From: an uncultured Candidatus Saccharibacteria bacterium | GTDB taxonomy: Bacteria > Patescibacteriota > Saccharimonadia > Saccharimonadales > VXPC01 | Direction of reading: 5' to 3' | Assembly: GCA_964534605.1 (NCBI GenBank) | Contig: CAZHOS010000001.1 | Span: 39,198 to 103,197, forward strand | DNA length: 64,000 bases | Shown: one piece after another, positions 45,501 to 54,192 of the stretch | How the letters are laid out: each line of letters starts with the position of its first letter | How positions within the stretch are numbered: the first letter of the stretch is position 1 | The notes under the pieces: model-generated | What the model saw: the letters and a program-made list of their open reading frames with translations, nothing else | Told to the model about the DNA's origin: nothing | Databases searched by the model: none | Translations under genes and position numbers: made by a program

Positions 45501-46183
45501 ATCTCGTGAGCTTCTTCGTCCTCTTCGTTTAAGTAGTGCGCATCGGCTGTGACTACCATTGGGATATCGAGTTTATCGGCGATTTTTATGAGCTTATCGT
45601 TAAGGGCTTTCTGCCTGGGTTGGACATGACCGTGGTCTTGCAGTTCTATGTAGTAACGATCGCCAAACACTTTCTTGTACCAAGCAGCGACTTCCTCCGC
45701 CTTCTTGTCTTGCTCTTGCATTAACCATTCGCTAACCTCGCCACCCATACAGGCAGACAGAGCAATAATCCCCTCGTTGTACTTCTCGAGCAGGTCATGG
45801 TCTACCCTAGGTTTGTGGTAAAAACCGTCTAGGATAGCTGTAGTGCTAAGACGCATAAGGTTTTGGTAGCCTTTATTGTTCATGGCTAGCAGGATCAGGT
45901 GGAAGCGTCCGCGGTCTTTCTGAGGGTCCTTGTCTGTATGCTTGCGGCTAGCGACATATGTTTCCATGCCAATAATCGGCTTGATACCCTTATCTTTGGC
46001 GTCCTTATAGAACTCTATAGCGCCGCTGAGCGTACCGTGGTCGGTAATAGCCATGGCATCCATGCCTAGTGTTTTGGCACGGTCAACCATTTCTGGAATC
46101 TTTTGCAGGCCATCCAGCAAACTATAGTGCGTGTGGTTGTGCAGGTGCACAAAATCAGAAGCTTTAAGCTTTTTAGCGCCCAT
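42554..46183 (-). CDS. dnaE: DNA polymerase III subunit alpha
   Basis: 1209 aa: PHP domain HLHNHTHYSLLDG, polymerase core and an OB-fold C-terminus. A TATAAT box lies about 30 nt upstream. Confidence 0.95.
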   Translation of the reverse strand: MGAKKLKASDFVHLHNHTHYSLLDGLQKIPEMVDRAKTLGMDAMAITDHGTLSGAIEFYKDAKDKGIKPIIGMETYVASRKHTDKDPQKDRGRFHLILLAMNNKGYQNLMRLSTTAILDGFYHKPRVDHDLLEKYNEGIIALSACMGGEVSEWLMQEQDKKAEEVAAWYKKVFGDRYYIELQDHGHVQPRQKALNDKLIKIADKLDIPMVVTADAHYLNEEDEEAHEILLCVQTGSFLSEEKRMSLKGWHLYVSDPLDVIERWKDRPEVITNTRAIADKCNVDIELGKILIPKFPVPKGYNEKSYLHELVYQGLAWRYTDISLEDSTKLDVAAAKKLVDKDLLERCEYELGVLDSMGFNGYFLIVWDFIVWGKEQGIVYGPGRGSAAGSIVSYSLRITEVDPMKYDLLFERFLNPDRISMPDIDVDIQDTRRDEVIQYVTDKYGADRVANIVTFGKMAARNAVRDVSRVLEVPYAEADRLAKMIPPPVQGRHIPLKVSLEDNNELREEYENNANSKRVFDMAVRLEGTIRSHGVHAAGVVIAPDDIVKYTPLEMAQKGVVATQYSMNPVEELGLLKMDFLGLSNLTIIKNTMRIIKKVYGEEVDIDTLPLDDKKTYELLQRGDTTGIFQLESGGMKQYLRKLKPTEFDDIAAMTALYRPGPLTAGLVDLFIDRKNGKAKVEVPHPAFESALSSTYGTLVYQEQVMLISTEVCGFSGGEADTLRKAIGKKIREVMLKMEKRFIEGGVEHSGVPKEIMEKFWQDLLGFADYAFNKSHSVCYGLIAYQTAYLKAHYPAAFMAALMTSDQGNTDRLAIEIAECNQRDIKVLPPDVNESFHEFAVVKKKEQIRFGMDAVKNVGHGPVAEIIRARDEGGEFKDINDFVERVNARVVNRKAWESLIRAGAFDAFDTRGTLLNSLDDILHVGQKIAKEAASGQTDLFGNATEDSAVKLQVTLTKGEEPSKKERLLWERELLGLYLSDHPLGDYKDYLEEKAVPIKSIEPAHDESSVIIGGVVQEVRQIITKKGDPMAFVRIEDVDKDIELVVFPSAMKQSSDCWEQDKVVLVEGKVNARDQLGTLMDEPKIIVNKVKIIEDDDLASFAPSGARQTIQPGKAGGRSRYSKAPAAQPQPKPQEPKPERLYIRMQDTSDSTKLASIKNILDEAHGGTEVVLVLGGNTDKQILRLPQKVEPKQDLIASLAELLGKESIKLN

Positions 46184-46319
46184 TAATACGTTTTTTCCCT
46201 CAAATTACTATGCTTAATTATACGCTAGAAAGTAATGCTTCTGGTTGTAAAAACTACCCACCAGGGTGGTTTTTCTGTATACCTCAAACTCAAACAAAAC
46301 TTATTATCTTCAGTGGGGC

Positions 46320-46665
46320 TAGGATTAGTCTGTTTTCTGAGGACTAGTCTGGTAGATAGCTTTTAGCTATCTCAGACCGAACAACCACAGTGTTGGCTCC
46401 CTGACTTTAGGCTCAGAGTAGAAATAGCTAGGCAAGATGAGTGCTTGTCTGGCTTGTGTCTGAGTCCATGACATCAGACCAAGACAGCAAGTACTCACTG
46501 TTATCAGCTTATTTCTGGTCTGAGATCAAAGAGAGGGTGTTAATGCTGTGGTACTAGGAGTCCCTCAGGCTGCTGATTGTAGGCGAGAGTTTTTGCTAGT
46601 CTGTCTTTTGGTTACCGCTGGGGTGTTTTTGAGATACTTTTTGGGAAAAAGTATTGGAGGAGGTT
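46320..46665 (-). repeat. copy 3 (reverse orientation, with a roughly 150-170-nt internal insertion) of the conserved intergenic element
   Basis: Reverse complement reads CCTCCAATACTTTTTCCCAAAAAGTATCTCAAAAACACCCCAGCGGTAACCAAAAGACAGACTAGCAAAAAC...CAATCAGCAGCCTGAGGGACTCC-[insert]-GGTTGTTCGGTCTGAG-ATAGC-TAAAA-GCTAT-CTACCAGACTAGTCC. It lacks the 3' AAGCCAGC hairpin. Starts 46 nt after the stop of ORF 46711..47004 and ends about 80 nt before the dnaE ATG. Confidence 0.55.
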
Positions 46666-46710
46666 TATAAAGGCGAAGCCTTTGTTTCATGAAAATTACT
46701 TAAAGAAACA

Positions 46711-47004
46711 CTACCTGTTGGCGTCTATGGTGTTTTGGATTGTCTCTACTATACCCCCAAATATAGGCAGCTCACCAAATAATGATAATACCCATAGAAC
46801 TGCACCTAGAACGAAAGTTGCTCCTAGGGCAGATCCTAAACCAAAGAAGATTCCGCGCACAAAATTAACGCGGTATATGCGGTGGTGCGAGCTGTAGCCG
46901 CTCTCTATAATGGTCGTTATAGCTTTGGCGGCGTCTTCTTGCTGTTTTTTACGGATTTGGCGCGTGCTTTTTTTGTCTTCTTGCTTCCAGAAAGTCAGGC
47001 CCAT
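46711..47004 (-). CDS. small membrane protein (C-terminal TM pair), hypothetical
   Basis: Start at ATG 47004 (MGLTFWKQEDKK...), 97 aa, hydrophobic C-terminal half. Separated by 1 nt from the upstream small ORF. Confidence 0.45.
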   Translation of the reverse strand: MGLTFWKQEDKKSTRQIRKKQQEDAAKAITTIIESGYSSHHRIYRVNFVRGIFFGLGSALGATFVLGAVLWVLSLFGELPIFGGIVETIQNTIDANR

Positions 47005-47005
47005 A

Positions 47006-47248
47006 CTAACCCTTTTTACCAAATTGCTCTGCCGTTGCCTTGATAATCTTGGCGATGGCAGCGGTAGTAGTAAAGTTCTTGGCAAATTTACCCGCATTGG
47101 CAGCGTTATGGGCAATATGTTCTGCTTGCTCGGCAGCTGCTTTGACGCGCTTTAGTATCTGCCAAATAGTTATAGCAATAATGATGTCGAGTATGAGCAG
47201 CGTCGCCACTATAACTAGTAAGACTGTAACTAAAAGTGAATCATCCAT
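47006..47248 (-). CDS. small single-TM protein, hypothetical
   Basis: 80 aa, N-terminal TM (LLVTVLLVIVATLLILDIIIAITIW) then an amphipathic Ala/Lys-rich helix. Confidence 0.45.
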   Translation of the reverse strand: MDDSLLVTVLLVIVATLLILDIIIAITIWQILKRVKAAAEQAEHIAHNAANAGKFAKNFTTTAAIAKIIKATAEQFGKKG

Positions 47249-47274
47249 AAGAGTTATTATATAGCACCTGTCGT

Positions 47275-47817
47275 CTAGTCGCCAGTAAAGGCCTTGATTA
47301 ATTTTCTTTGTTTTCGCTTTTTATAAAAGGGTATTCTGTCGACATTACGCTCAAGTAAAGCGTAGCGAGCCATGAGTTTTTTGCGCGGAATATCTGTCGG
47401 GCTAAAACGCTCTAAGGGTGAGTAGCTGCCGATTGTACCTATGCCTTCTCCGTACACACCTATATCTACTAGAGCGCCGTTAGTTGATTGATATTGGTCA
47501 CTCGTTATATCAACAACTAAAGGTTTGCCGTCTTGCCTAGCATCCTGCACCTCTACCCAAACATGTTCTTCGTCTAAGTTATCTAGGCCTATGATTCCTT
47601 CTGTAAAATACGCATTGAAGCCATGGCTGCTCAACACCCTAGATAAGAAAACACTCGATACACCACACTGGCCCCTAGAAGGAGCGTCGTTAGGCTGCAG
47701 CTCGATGCCTTGGTAGGCAGTTTCACTGTTCCAAGCTAGCTCTAATACCTGTCGCACTGCGTAAGAGAGGGCATATAAGTTAGGTTCTACTCCTGGTAAA
47801 GACTCTTTATACGACAT
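47275..47817 (-). CDS. transglutaminase-like (papain-fold) cysteine-protease-domain protein
   Basis: 180 aa. RGQCGVSSVFLSRVLSSHGFNAY (Cys), EHVWVEV (His) and VVDIT (Asp) sit in the order and spacing of the TGase-like Cys-His-Asp core. Confidence 0.5.
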   Translation of the reverse strand: MSYKESLPGVEPNLYALSYAVRQVLELAWNSETAYQGIELQPNDAPSRGQCGVSSVFLSRVLSSHGFNAYFTEGIIGLDNLDEEHVWVEVQDARQDGKPLVVDITSDQYQSTNGALVDIGVYGEGIGTIGSYSPLERFSPTDIPRKKLMARYALLERNVDRIPFYKKRKQRKLIKAFTGD

Positions 47818-47866
47818 AATCTAACAATACAATCTTGTCTGCCATTTTGTAAATAGATAGAAAAAC

Positions 47867-47892
47867 AAAAAGAGCCCAAAAGGACTCTTTTC
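47867..47892 (-). terminator. rho-independent terminator after gatB
   Basis: Minus strand AAAGAGTCC-TTTT-GGGCTCTTT followed by TTGTTTTTCTATC. Confidence 0.5.
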
Positions 47893-47968
47893 TATCCGAA
47901 ATATCTAACAAAAGTTATCCAAGACGGGTCTACTTTTTGGACTTCTGAGTTCGTTCCTAGCTGTTCTC

Positions 47969-49423
47969 TTATGAGAGTTCTTTTTGGATGAGCTGATTAA
48001 CGACTTTAGGGTTAGCTTTGCCCCGTGAAGCCTTCATGATCTGTCCTACTAAGAAACCGGCGGCTTTGGGGTCTGCCTTGGCATCCTCGACTGCTTTGGG
48101 GTTATCGCTCATAACTTTTTGCACTAGTATAACCAGGTCGGCTTCATCTGACATTTGTAGCAGGTCTGCTTCTTCGGCTAGCTTTAGCGGGTCGGCATTG
48201 TTTTTGATGACTGGCTTTAGAATCTCTTTAGCGTTCGTGGAGCTTAATTGGTTGCCGTCCACCATTGCAGCTAGCTTGGTGAGGCCTGTTTCTGCAGCCT
48301 CTACATCTGTCCAATCTACTTCTTGCTCCCCTACCATGCGTAGTATCTCGCCAGTACACCAGTTGGCAATTGTCTTGGCAGTTGCTGCGTCGTGTTCGTC
48401 TACTATTCTGGCCATCATACGTGCGGCAAGTGGGTTGTCTATCAGAGTCTCTAGCCCAGAGCCTTTCAGGTCTATCTTGGACAATATGGTGCGCAGATGC
48501 GCTGGCGTATGTGGGGCTAACTTGGCGATATCATTAACTTGTTGACGGCTAATGCTAAGCGGCGGAATATCCGGATCGGGCATGTAGCGGTAGTCATGCG
48601 CATCTTCTTTACTGCGCTGCGAAAAGGTCTGGCCCTTGGCGTCATCCCAGCCACGGGTCTCTTGAGCTATTGTGTTGCCGGCCTCCAGCTCTTCTATCTG
48701 CCTAGAAATCTCGAATTCGACGGCGCGCTCGACGTTCTTGAAGCTATTGAGATTCTTGGTCTCTGTGCGCGTACCAAGCTTTGAAGAATCCTTGCTAACG
48801 CTGACATTGACGTCAAAGCGTATATTCCCATGGAAAAGATCACAGTCGCTGACACCGGCATAGAGCATGGCCAGATAAAGCTCGCGGCAGTAGGCTTTGG
48901 CTTCGATAGCGCTGTGCATGTCCGGCATACTAACAATCTCTAGCAGCGGGGTACCAGCGCGGTTGAGGTCTACAAGGCTATAGTCTGCCCCGTCCGGATG
49001 GCTGAGCTTACCTGCGTCTGCTTCTAGGTGTGCCCGTTCGATATTAATTCTAAGCGGTCCATCATCAGTTGGTATGTTTAACCAACCTTCGCCTACTATT
49101 GGTTGGTCGAACTGCGATATCTGATACCCTAGCGGTAAATCTGGGTAAAAGTAGTGCTTACGATCAAATCGAGTGATTTCTGCAATCTCGGCATTAATAG
49201 CCAGGCCAGCCAAGATTGCTTTATGCACAGCCTGCTCGTTTAGGACCGGCAATGTGCCCGGTAAGCCTACGCATAGTGGACCTATGAGAGTATTGGCTGC
49301 AGCATCTTTGGCATCGTTACCGATCGCTGTGAACAGCTTAGAGACGGTATTAAACTGTACGTGGCATTCAATCCCAATGGTGGGCGTGTAGCCGTCGACT
49401 TGGTATTTGGAGAGGCTAGACAC
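47969..49423 (-). CDS. gatB: Asp-tRNA(Asn)/Glu-tRNA(Gln) amidotransferase subunit B
   Basis: 484 aa, GatB fold with C-terminal YqeY-like domain. GTG start overlaps the upstream ORF stop (TAGTG). AGGAG SD. Confidence 0.9.
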   Translation of the reverse strand: MSSLSKYQVDGYTPTIGIECHVQFNTVSKLFTAIGNDAKDAAANTLIGPLCVGLPGTLPVLNEQAVHKAILAGLAINAEIAEITRFDRKHYFYPDLPLGYQISQFDQPIVGEGWLNIPTDDGPLRINIERAHLEADAGKLSHPDGADYSLVDLNRAGTPLLEIVSMPDMHSAIEAKAYCRELYLAMLYAGVSDCDLFHGNIRFDVNVSVSKDSSKLGTRTETKNLNSFKNVERAVEFEISRQIEELEAGNTIAQETRGWDDAKGQTFSQRSKEDAHDYRYMPDPDIPPLSISRQQVNDIAKLAPHTPAHLRTILSKIDLKGSGLETLIDNPLAARMMARIVDEHDAATAKTIANWCTGEILRMVGEQEVDWTDVEAAETGLTKLAAMVDGNQLSSTNAKEILKPVIKNNADPLKLAEEADLLQMSDEADLVILVQKVMSDNPKAVEDAKADPKAAGFLVGQIMKASRGKANPKVVNQLIQKELS

Positions 49424-49827
49424 TACAAGGCTCCTAAGTCTTTTAGGGCACGGTGGAAGGCACTGAGGGCTGCTTTGGCCTGCCTTTTGCTAACCTTTAC
49501 GTCAGATTCATGGGCGATCTTGTTGCGCAGCTTATGGGCCATCCAAACATGGTCTCGCTTGCTAAACACTTTTTTGGCGCTCACCATGCGCTCGCCCATA
49601 GTCGCCCCTTTGAACTTTGATTCTTTAAGGGCTTTGTCTACTAGTTTGTCAGCCTCTAGCACAGCTAAGCTAAGGGTATCGTCAGAATTTAGATAGGTTT
49701 GGACTTTGCGCCATCGCTCGCGGTAGACCTCTACCTTTAATTTACTGCTCTTGCGGCTAAATAGCGACACAAAGCTCAGTACAGCTATACCAAAAACTGC
49801 CACAGCGATAAGTAAGGTTATTGACAT
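49423..49827 (-). CDS. membrane-anchored protein with RNxxxHE (HEPN-like) motif, inserted in the gatCAB operon
   Basis: 134 aa with N-terminal TM MSITLLIAVAVFGIAVLSFVSLF, then a helical domain ending ...WMAHKLRNKIAHESD... GAGGAGG SD inside the gatA 3' end. The start overlaps gatA by 10 nt and the stop overlaps the gatB GTG. Confidence 0.5.
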   Translation of the reverse strand: MSITLLIAVAVFGIAVLSFVSLFSRKSSKLKVEVYRERWRKVQTYLNSDDTLSLAVLEADKLVDKALKESKFKGATMGERMVSAKKVFSKRDHVWMAHKLRNKIAHESDVKVSKRQAKAALSAFHRALKDLGAL

Positions 49828-51224
49828 AAATCCTCCTCTATTTGAGCGGCGGCCGACAGAACCAGGCCGTCCTTACGCTGCTCGCTAATAATCTGTAGGC
49901 CTACTGGCATCGTTTTAGATTTAAGTGGAATACTAATTGCCGGCATGCCTGTTAAGTTAGCACCAACTGTCATGATGTCTGTCTGATACATTTTGACCGG
50001 ATCGTCTACCCTGCCGCCTATGTCAAAAGCACTAGTTGGACTTGTTGGCCCGATCAAAATATCGACACCCTCTAGTGCTGTTTCGTACTCACGGATCAAG
50101 CGAGTACGTAGGCGCTGGGCTTTTTTGTAGTATGCATCGAAGTAACCAGAGCTCAACACGTATGTACCAATCATCAACCGTCGCTGGTTCTCGGGCATAA
50201 AACCTTTGCTGCGTGTGCCAAGATACGCTTGCTCTAAACTCCCGGCGGTTTCGTCAAGATTGCCGTAGCGGATTCCATCGTAACGGCTAAGGTTACTGCT
50301 AACTTCTGCCGGCACCAGCACGTAGTAGCACGGTAGCGACAAAGCACTACTAGGGATAGAAATCTCTGTAATCGTGTGGCCCGCGGCCTTTAGGACCTTA
50401 ATAGATGCGTCGAAAGCGTCCGCGACGTCTTTGTCTAGCCCCTGTGTGTATTCCTTTATAACGCCGATTTTGAGGTTTTTAGCATCAGTAATCTGGCAAA
50501 TTATCTGGGAAGAATCCAGCGTTGTACCGTCGAGTGGGTCTCTCCCCCTTAGAATCTCCATTAGATAGCTGGCATCAGTTGCGCTGCTACTGATTGGACC
50601 TATACAGTCGGTGCTGCTAGCCATGGCTACTACACCGTAACGAGATACTAATCCATATGTAGGCTTGTAGCCTACGACACCGCAAAAGCTGGCCGGCTGA
50701 CGAATAGACCCGCCTGTGTCCGAGCCTAGAGCAAAGGGTACGATACCAGCCGCCACTGCAGCCGCAGAGCCACCGCTACTCCCGCCGGGCACCTTGGTAG
50801 TGTTGTGAGGGTTCTTGGTAGGTCCATAAAAGCTGTTCTCGGTACTGCCGCCGTGAGCAAAGGCGTCCAAATTAACCTTGCCTATAAGGATGGCATCTTC
50901 ATCAAGAACCTTCTGTAGACTTGTGGCCGTAATTGGCGAGGAGAAGTTGCTGAGGATATCGGCTGCAGCTGTTGTCTTGCCATATGCATAGAGGAAGTTG
51001 TCCTTAGCCGCAAAAGGTACACCAGCCAACTTACCTAACTTGTCACCTTTAGCAACACGAGCATCAATGTTTTTGGCCTGTTCTAACGCCTGCTCTTTGA
51101 ATATTTCTAGAAAAATATTGAGCTCTATTGACTTTGCAGCCTTGTCTAACGCGTCTTGCACCAGAGCCACACTGCTAGTGTGACCTCCACGAACGTCGTC
51201 TGCTAGTTGCTTGATAGACTTCAT
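49818..51224 (-). CDS. gatA: Glu-tRNA(Gln) amidotransferase subunit A
   Basis: 468 aa; amidase signature GGSSGGSAAAVAAG. Start overlaps the gatC stop (TAATG). Confidence 0.9.
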   Translation of the reverse strand: MKSIKQLADDVRGGHTSSVALVQDALDKAAKSIELNIFLEIFKEQALEQAKNIDARVAKGDKLGKLAGVPFAAKDNFLYAYGKTTAAADILSNFSSPITATSLQKVLDEDAILIGKVNLDAFAHGGSTENSFYGPTKNPHNTTKVPGGSSGGSAAAVAAGIVPFALGSDTGGSIRQPASFCGVVGYKPTYGLVSRYGVVAMASSTDCIGPISSSATDASYLMEILRGRDPLDGTTLDSSQIICQITDAKNLKIGVIKEYTQGLDKDVADAFDASIKVLKAAGHTITEISIPSSALSLPCYYVLVPAEVSSNLSRYDGIRYGNLDETAGSLEQAYLGTRSKGFMPENQRRLMIGTYVLSSGYFDAYYKKAQRLRTRLIREYETALEGVDILIGPTSPTSAFDIGGRVDDPVKMYQTDIMTVGANLTGMPAISIPLKSKTMPVGLQIISEQRKDGLVLSAAAQIEEDLCQ

Positions 51225-51517
51225 TACCCCAAGACCCTCTTTACCTTGTACTGGTTGTTCTGGGAATCTTTGGCTAGCGCTACAAGATCTGCAGCTTCGG
51301 CAGCTTGCTGTGTAACTTCGTCTGGGCGCGCAACGTTAGTCAGGCCTGTTACTTGCTCTGTTGGTTCGTACTCGTCGACATCCGCTGCCTGCAGCTGGTC
51401 TATTAGCCCCATAATGGACTCCATCTCGCTGCGGAACGCATCGATCTGGTCATTGGTCAGTTGCAGTTTAGCAAGCGATGCTAGCTTTTTTACTTCTTCT
51501 GCTGTTATTTTTGTCAT
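51224..51517 (-). CDS. gatC: Glu-tRNA(Gln) amidotransferase subunit C
   Basis: 97 aa, MTKITAEEVKKLASLAKLQLTNDQIDAF... typical GatC. Confidence 0.85.
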   Translation of the reverse strand: MTKITAEEVKKLASLAKLQLTNDQIDAFRSEMESIMGLIDQLQAADVDEYEPTEQVTGLTNVARPDEVTQQAAEAADLVALAKDSQNNQYKVKRVLG

Positions 51518-51552
51518 ACTTATGTGTAATTATACACGTAACTGAGACTCTG

Positions 51553-53526
51553 CTAGTCAATTTTTGATCTTAATTGATCTATTTGGTCGCGAAGGTCGGC
51601 AGCTTTCTCGAACTCTAGGTTGGCAGCATGTAAGTGCATTTGGCTCTCTAGCTGCTTAATAAGCTTGGGTATCTCGTCTTCTGGAATGCTTTTAATGTCT
51701 TTTTGGAAAGCCTTGCGGGCTTTGTCGTCTTTGCTCTCGCCCTTTGGCATGGCACTCTCGATTGCGCGCTTAATGCTCTCTGGCGTTATACCGTTATCTT
51801 TGTTGTGTTGCTCCTGGATAGTGCGGCGGCGCTCGGTTTCGCCTATTGCGCGCTCCATGCTGCCGGTTATCTTGTCCGCATACATCAGCACACGGCCTTC
51901 CTGGTGACGGGCTGCACGGCCAATAGTTTGCACTAGCGCCTGTTCGCTACGCAGGAAACCCTCTTTGTCGGCGTCCAGGATAGCAACCAGACTTACCTCC
52001 GGCAGATCGAGACCCTCGCGGAGCAAGTTAATGCCAATAAGTACGTCGTACACACCTAGTCGCAGATCACGTAGGATATCACTACGCTCTAGCGTGTCGA
52101 CATCGCTGTGCAGATATTGGACTTTTATATCTAGCTCTTGCAGGTATTCGCTAAGATCCTCTGACATACGCTTGGTAAGTGTCGTAACCAATACGCGCTG
52201 GCCATTATCTATAGTGGTGCGGATCTCGGCAATCAGATCGTCTATCTGGCCGTCTATTGGACGAACCTCGATCTTGGGATCCAGCAGTCCAGTTGGGCGG
52301 ATAATCTGCTGGGCCGGTTCGGGACTGCGCTGGAGCTCGTAGTCAGCTGGCGTAGCCGAGACGTATACAACCTGGTTTACGTGCTTTTGAAATTCGTCAA
52401 AATTAAGCGGACGGTTATCCAAGGCGCTTGGCAAGCGGAAGCCATGGTCGACAAGCACCTGTTTACGTGCTCTGTCGCCGTTATACATACCGCGCAGCTG
52501 CGGTATGGTCATGTGGCTCTCGTCGATAAACATTAAGAAGTCGTCTGGGAAGTAATCTATCAGCGTGGCAGGCTGCTCGCCCTCCTCGCGGTTGGTAAGG
52601 TAGCGCGAGTAATTCTCGATGCCCTTCACGAAGCCTGTCTCTTGCAGCATTTCTAGGTCGAAGTTTGTGCGCTGCGTAAGGCGCTGCGACTCCAGGATCA
52701 TATTCTGGGCTTCGAACCACTGAGATCTGTGGGCTAGCTCGTTTTCTATCATGGGGATAGCCGCCTTGAGCTTGTCGTAAGGCGTTACGTAGTGTGATCC
52801 TGGAAAAATAGTTAGATCATCTAGCTTGGCCTCGATCTCGCCGGTAAGTGGATTGATGCGCACAATACGCTCGATCTCGTAGCCGAAGAACTCTATACGG
52901 TAGGCGACCTCCTCACTGGCCGGGTAAACATCGACGACGTCGCCCTTTACGCGGAAGACTCCACGGGCAAAGTCAATGTCGTTACGTTGATACTGAATAT
53001 CTGTTAGGTGGCGGATAAATTTGTCGCGTATTTTGCGCTCGCCTACCTTTAGCTTAATGCTAAGCCCTTCGTAGTCCTCGACCGAACCTATACCGTAAAT
53101 ACAACTTACGCTGGCAACTATCAGCACGTCTTTGCGGGATAACAATGCGTCGGTGGCAGCGTGGCGTAGGCGCTGGATCTCTTCGTTAATGTCGCTGTCT
53201 TTTTCGATATATGTATCCGACCTGGCGACATAGGCCTCTGGTTGGTAATAGTCAAAGTAGCTAACAAAGTAGTGCACAGCGTTGTTTGGGAAGAAAGCTT
53301 TAAACTCGTTATACAGTTGGGCCGCCAATGTCTTGTTATGTACCAGCACCAGCGTGGGTTTCTGCACCTGTTGCACGACGTTGGCGATCGAAAATGTCTT
53401 ACCTGTGCCAGTTGCACCTAACAGTACCTGCTCTTTTAGGCCGTTATTGATACCATGCACCATCTGCTTAATGGCCGATGGCTGATCACCTGCAGGCTTA
53501 TAGCCACTTGTTAACTCGAACTTCAT
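51553..53526 (-). CDS. uvrB: excinuclease ABC subunit B
   Basis: 657 aa with helicase motifs, beta-hairpin region and the C-terminal UvrC-interaction coiled coil ([22 protein letters not shown]). Confidence 0.95.
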   Translation of the reverse strand: MKFELTSGYKPAGDQPSAIKQMVHGINNGLKEQVLLGATGTGKTFSIANVVQQVQKPTLVLVHNKTLAAQLYNEFKAFFPNNAVHYFVSYFDYYQPEAYVARSDTYIEKDSDINEEIQRLRHAATDALLSRKDVLIVASVSCIYGIGSVEDYEGLSIKLKVGERKIRDKFIRHLTDIQYQRNDIDFARGVFRVKGDVVDVYPASEEVAYRIEFFGYEIERIVRINPLTGEIEAKLDDLTIFPGSHYVTPYDKLKAAIPMIENELAHRSQWFEAQNMILESQRLTQRTNFDLEMLQETGFVKGIENYSRYLTNREEGEQPATLIDYFPDDFLMFIDESHMTIPQLRGMYNGDRARKQVLVDHGFRLPSALDNRPLNFDEFQKHVNQVVYVSATPADYELQRSPEPAQQIIRPTGLLDPKIEVRPIDGQIDDLIAEIRTTIDNGQRVLVTTLTKRMSEDLSEYLQELDIKVQYLHSDVDTLERSDILRDLRLGVYDVLIGINLLREGLDLPEVSLVAILDADKEGFLRSEQALVQTIGRAARHQEGRVLMYADKITGSMERAIGETERRRTIQEQHNKDNGITPESIKRAIESAMPKGESKDDKARKAFQKDIKSIPEDEIPKLIKQLESQMHLHAANLEFEKAADLRDQIDQLRSKID

Positions 53527-53562
53527 AAGACTATTCTAACAGCCTTTGTATGCTCGGAGGTG

Positions 53563-54192
53563 TTAACCAGATCTCTTGGTAGTTTGTTGGGCGCCGCAGA
53601 CGAGGCTCTGGAAGGCTTCGTCGTGCTTGCGTAGTTCTTCGTCGCTGACATCCTTGTACTCTTCATCGCAGAGTGCGATAACTTTACGGACCAGCTCTAC
53701 TGGGTCGTTGTCGAATACGACGCGCGTGCCGCTAGGCTCGTCCAGCTTTTCTAGGAGTTCTGGCACTAAGTCGGCTGTACCGCCAGAGCCCAGGAGGATA
53801 CCGCAAGGTTTGCGGGCCTCTAGCGCCGTCGTGAACTCGTGCAAGCTACCGAAGCGTCCGCCGATAGTAATAACCGCGTCACTGCTTTGCACCAGGTACA
53901 CATCGCGGCCAACGTAAGCCATGCCGGTGTAGTTAATATAATCAAACACGTCAGTCGGCAAGCGGTACTTGCGCACATGTTCGCGCAAGCTAGATGCAGG
54001 GCTAAAGCCAATACTCTGCCCACCAGCATCTACTGCACCTCGTGCACCAAAGAACGGTAGGCCGACGGTTGCGCCGGTAGTAGTTACATGCCCTGCCTTA
54101 GCGATCTCCTGCCCGATTATATAGGCTTCTGAGCAAGATCGATCAACGCTCGCGCCGCTAGCTGCACCGCTAATACAAATACTATATTTCAT
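53563..54192 (-). CDS. LOG/TIGR00725-like Rossmann-fold protein (SLOG superfamily)
   Basis: 209 aa; ISGAASGAS...TTGATVGLPFFGARGA...ITIGGRFGSLHEF resembles the LOG-family PGGxGTxxE core. Start overlaps the stop of the pilin-like gene (TAATG). Confidence 0.55.
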   Translation of the reverse strand: MKYSICISGAASGASVDRSCSEAYIIGQEIAKAGHVTTTGATVGLPFFGARGAVDAGGQSIGFSPASSLREHVRKYRLPTDVFDYINYTGMAYVGRDVYLVQSSDAVITIGGRFGSLHEFTTALEARKPCGILLGSGGTADLVPELLEKLDEPSGTRVVFDNDPVELVRKVIALCDEEYKDVSDEELRKHDEAFQSLVCGAQQTTKRSG

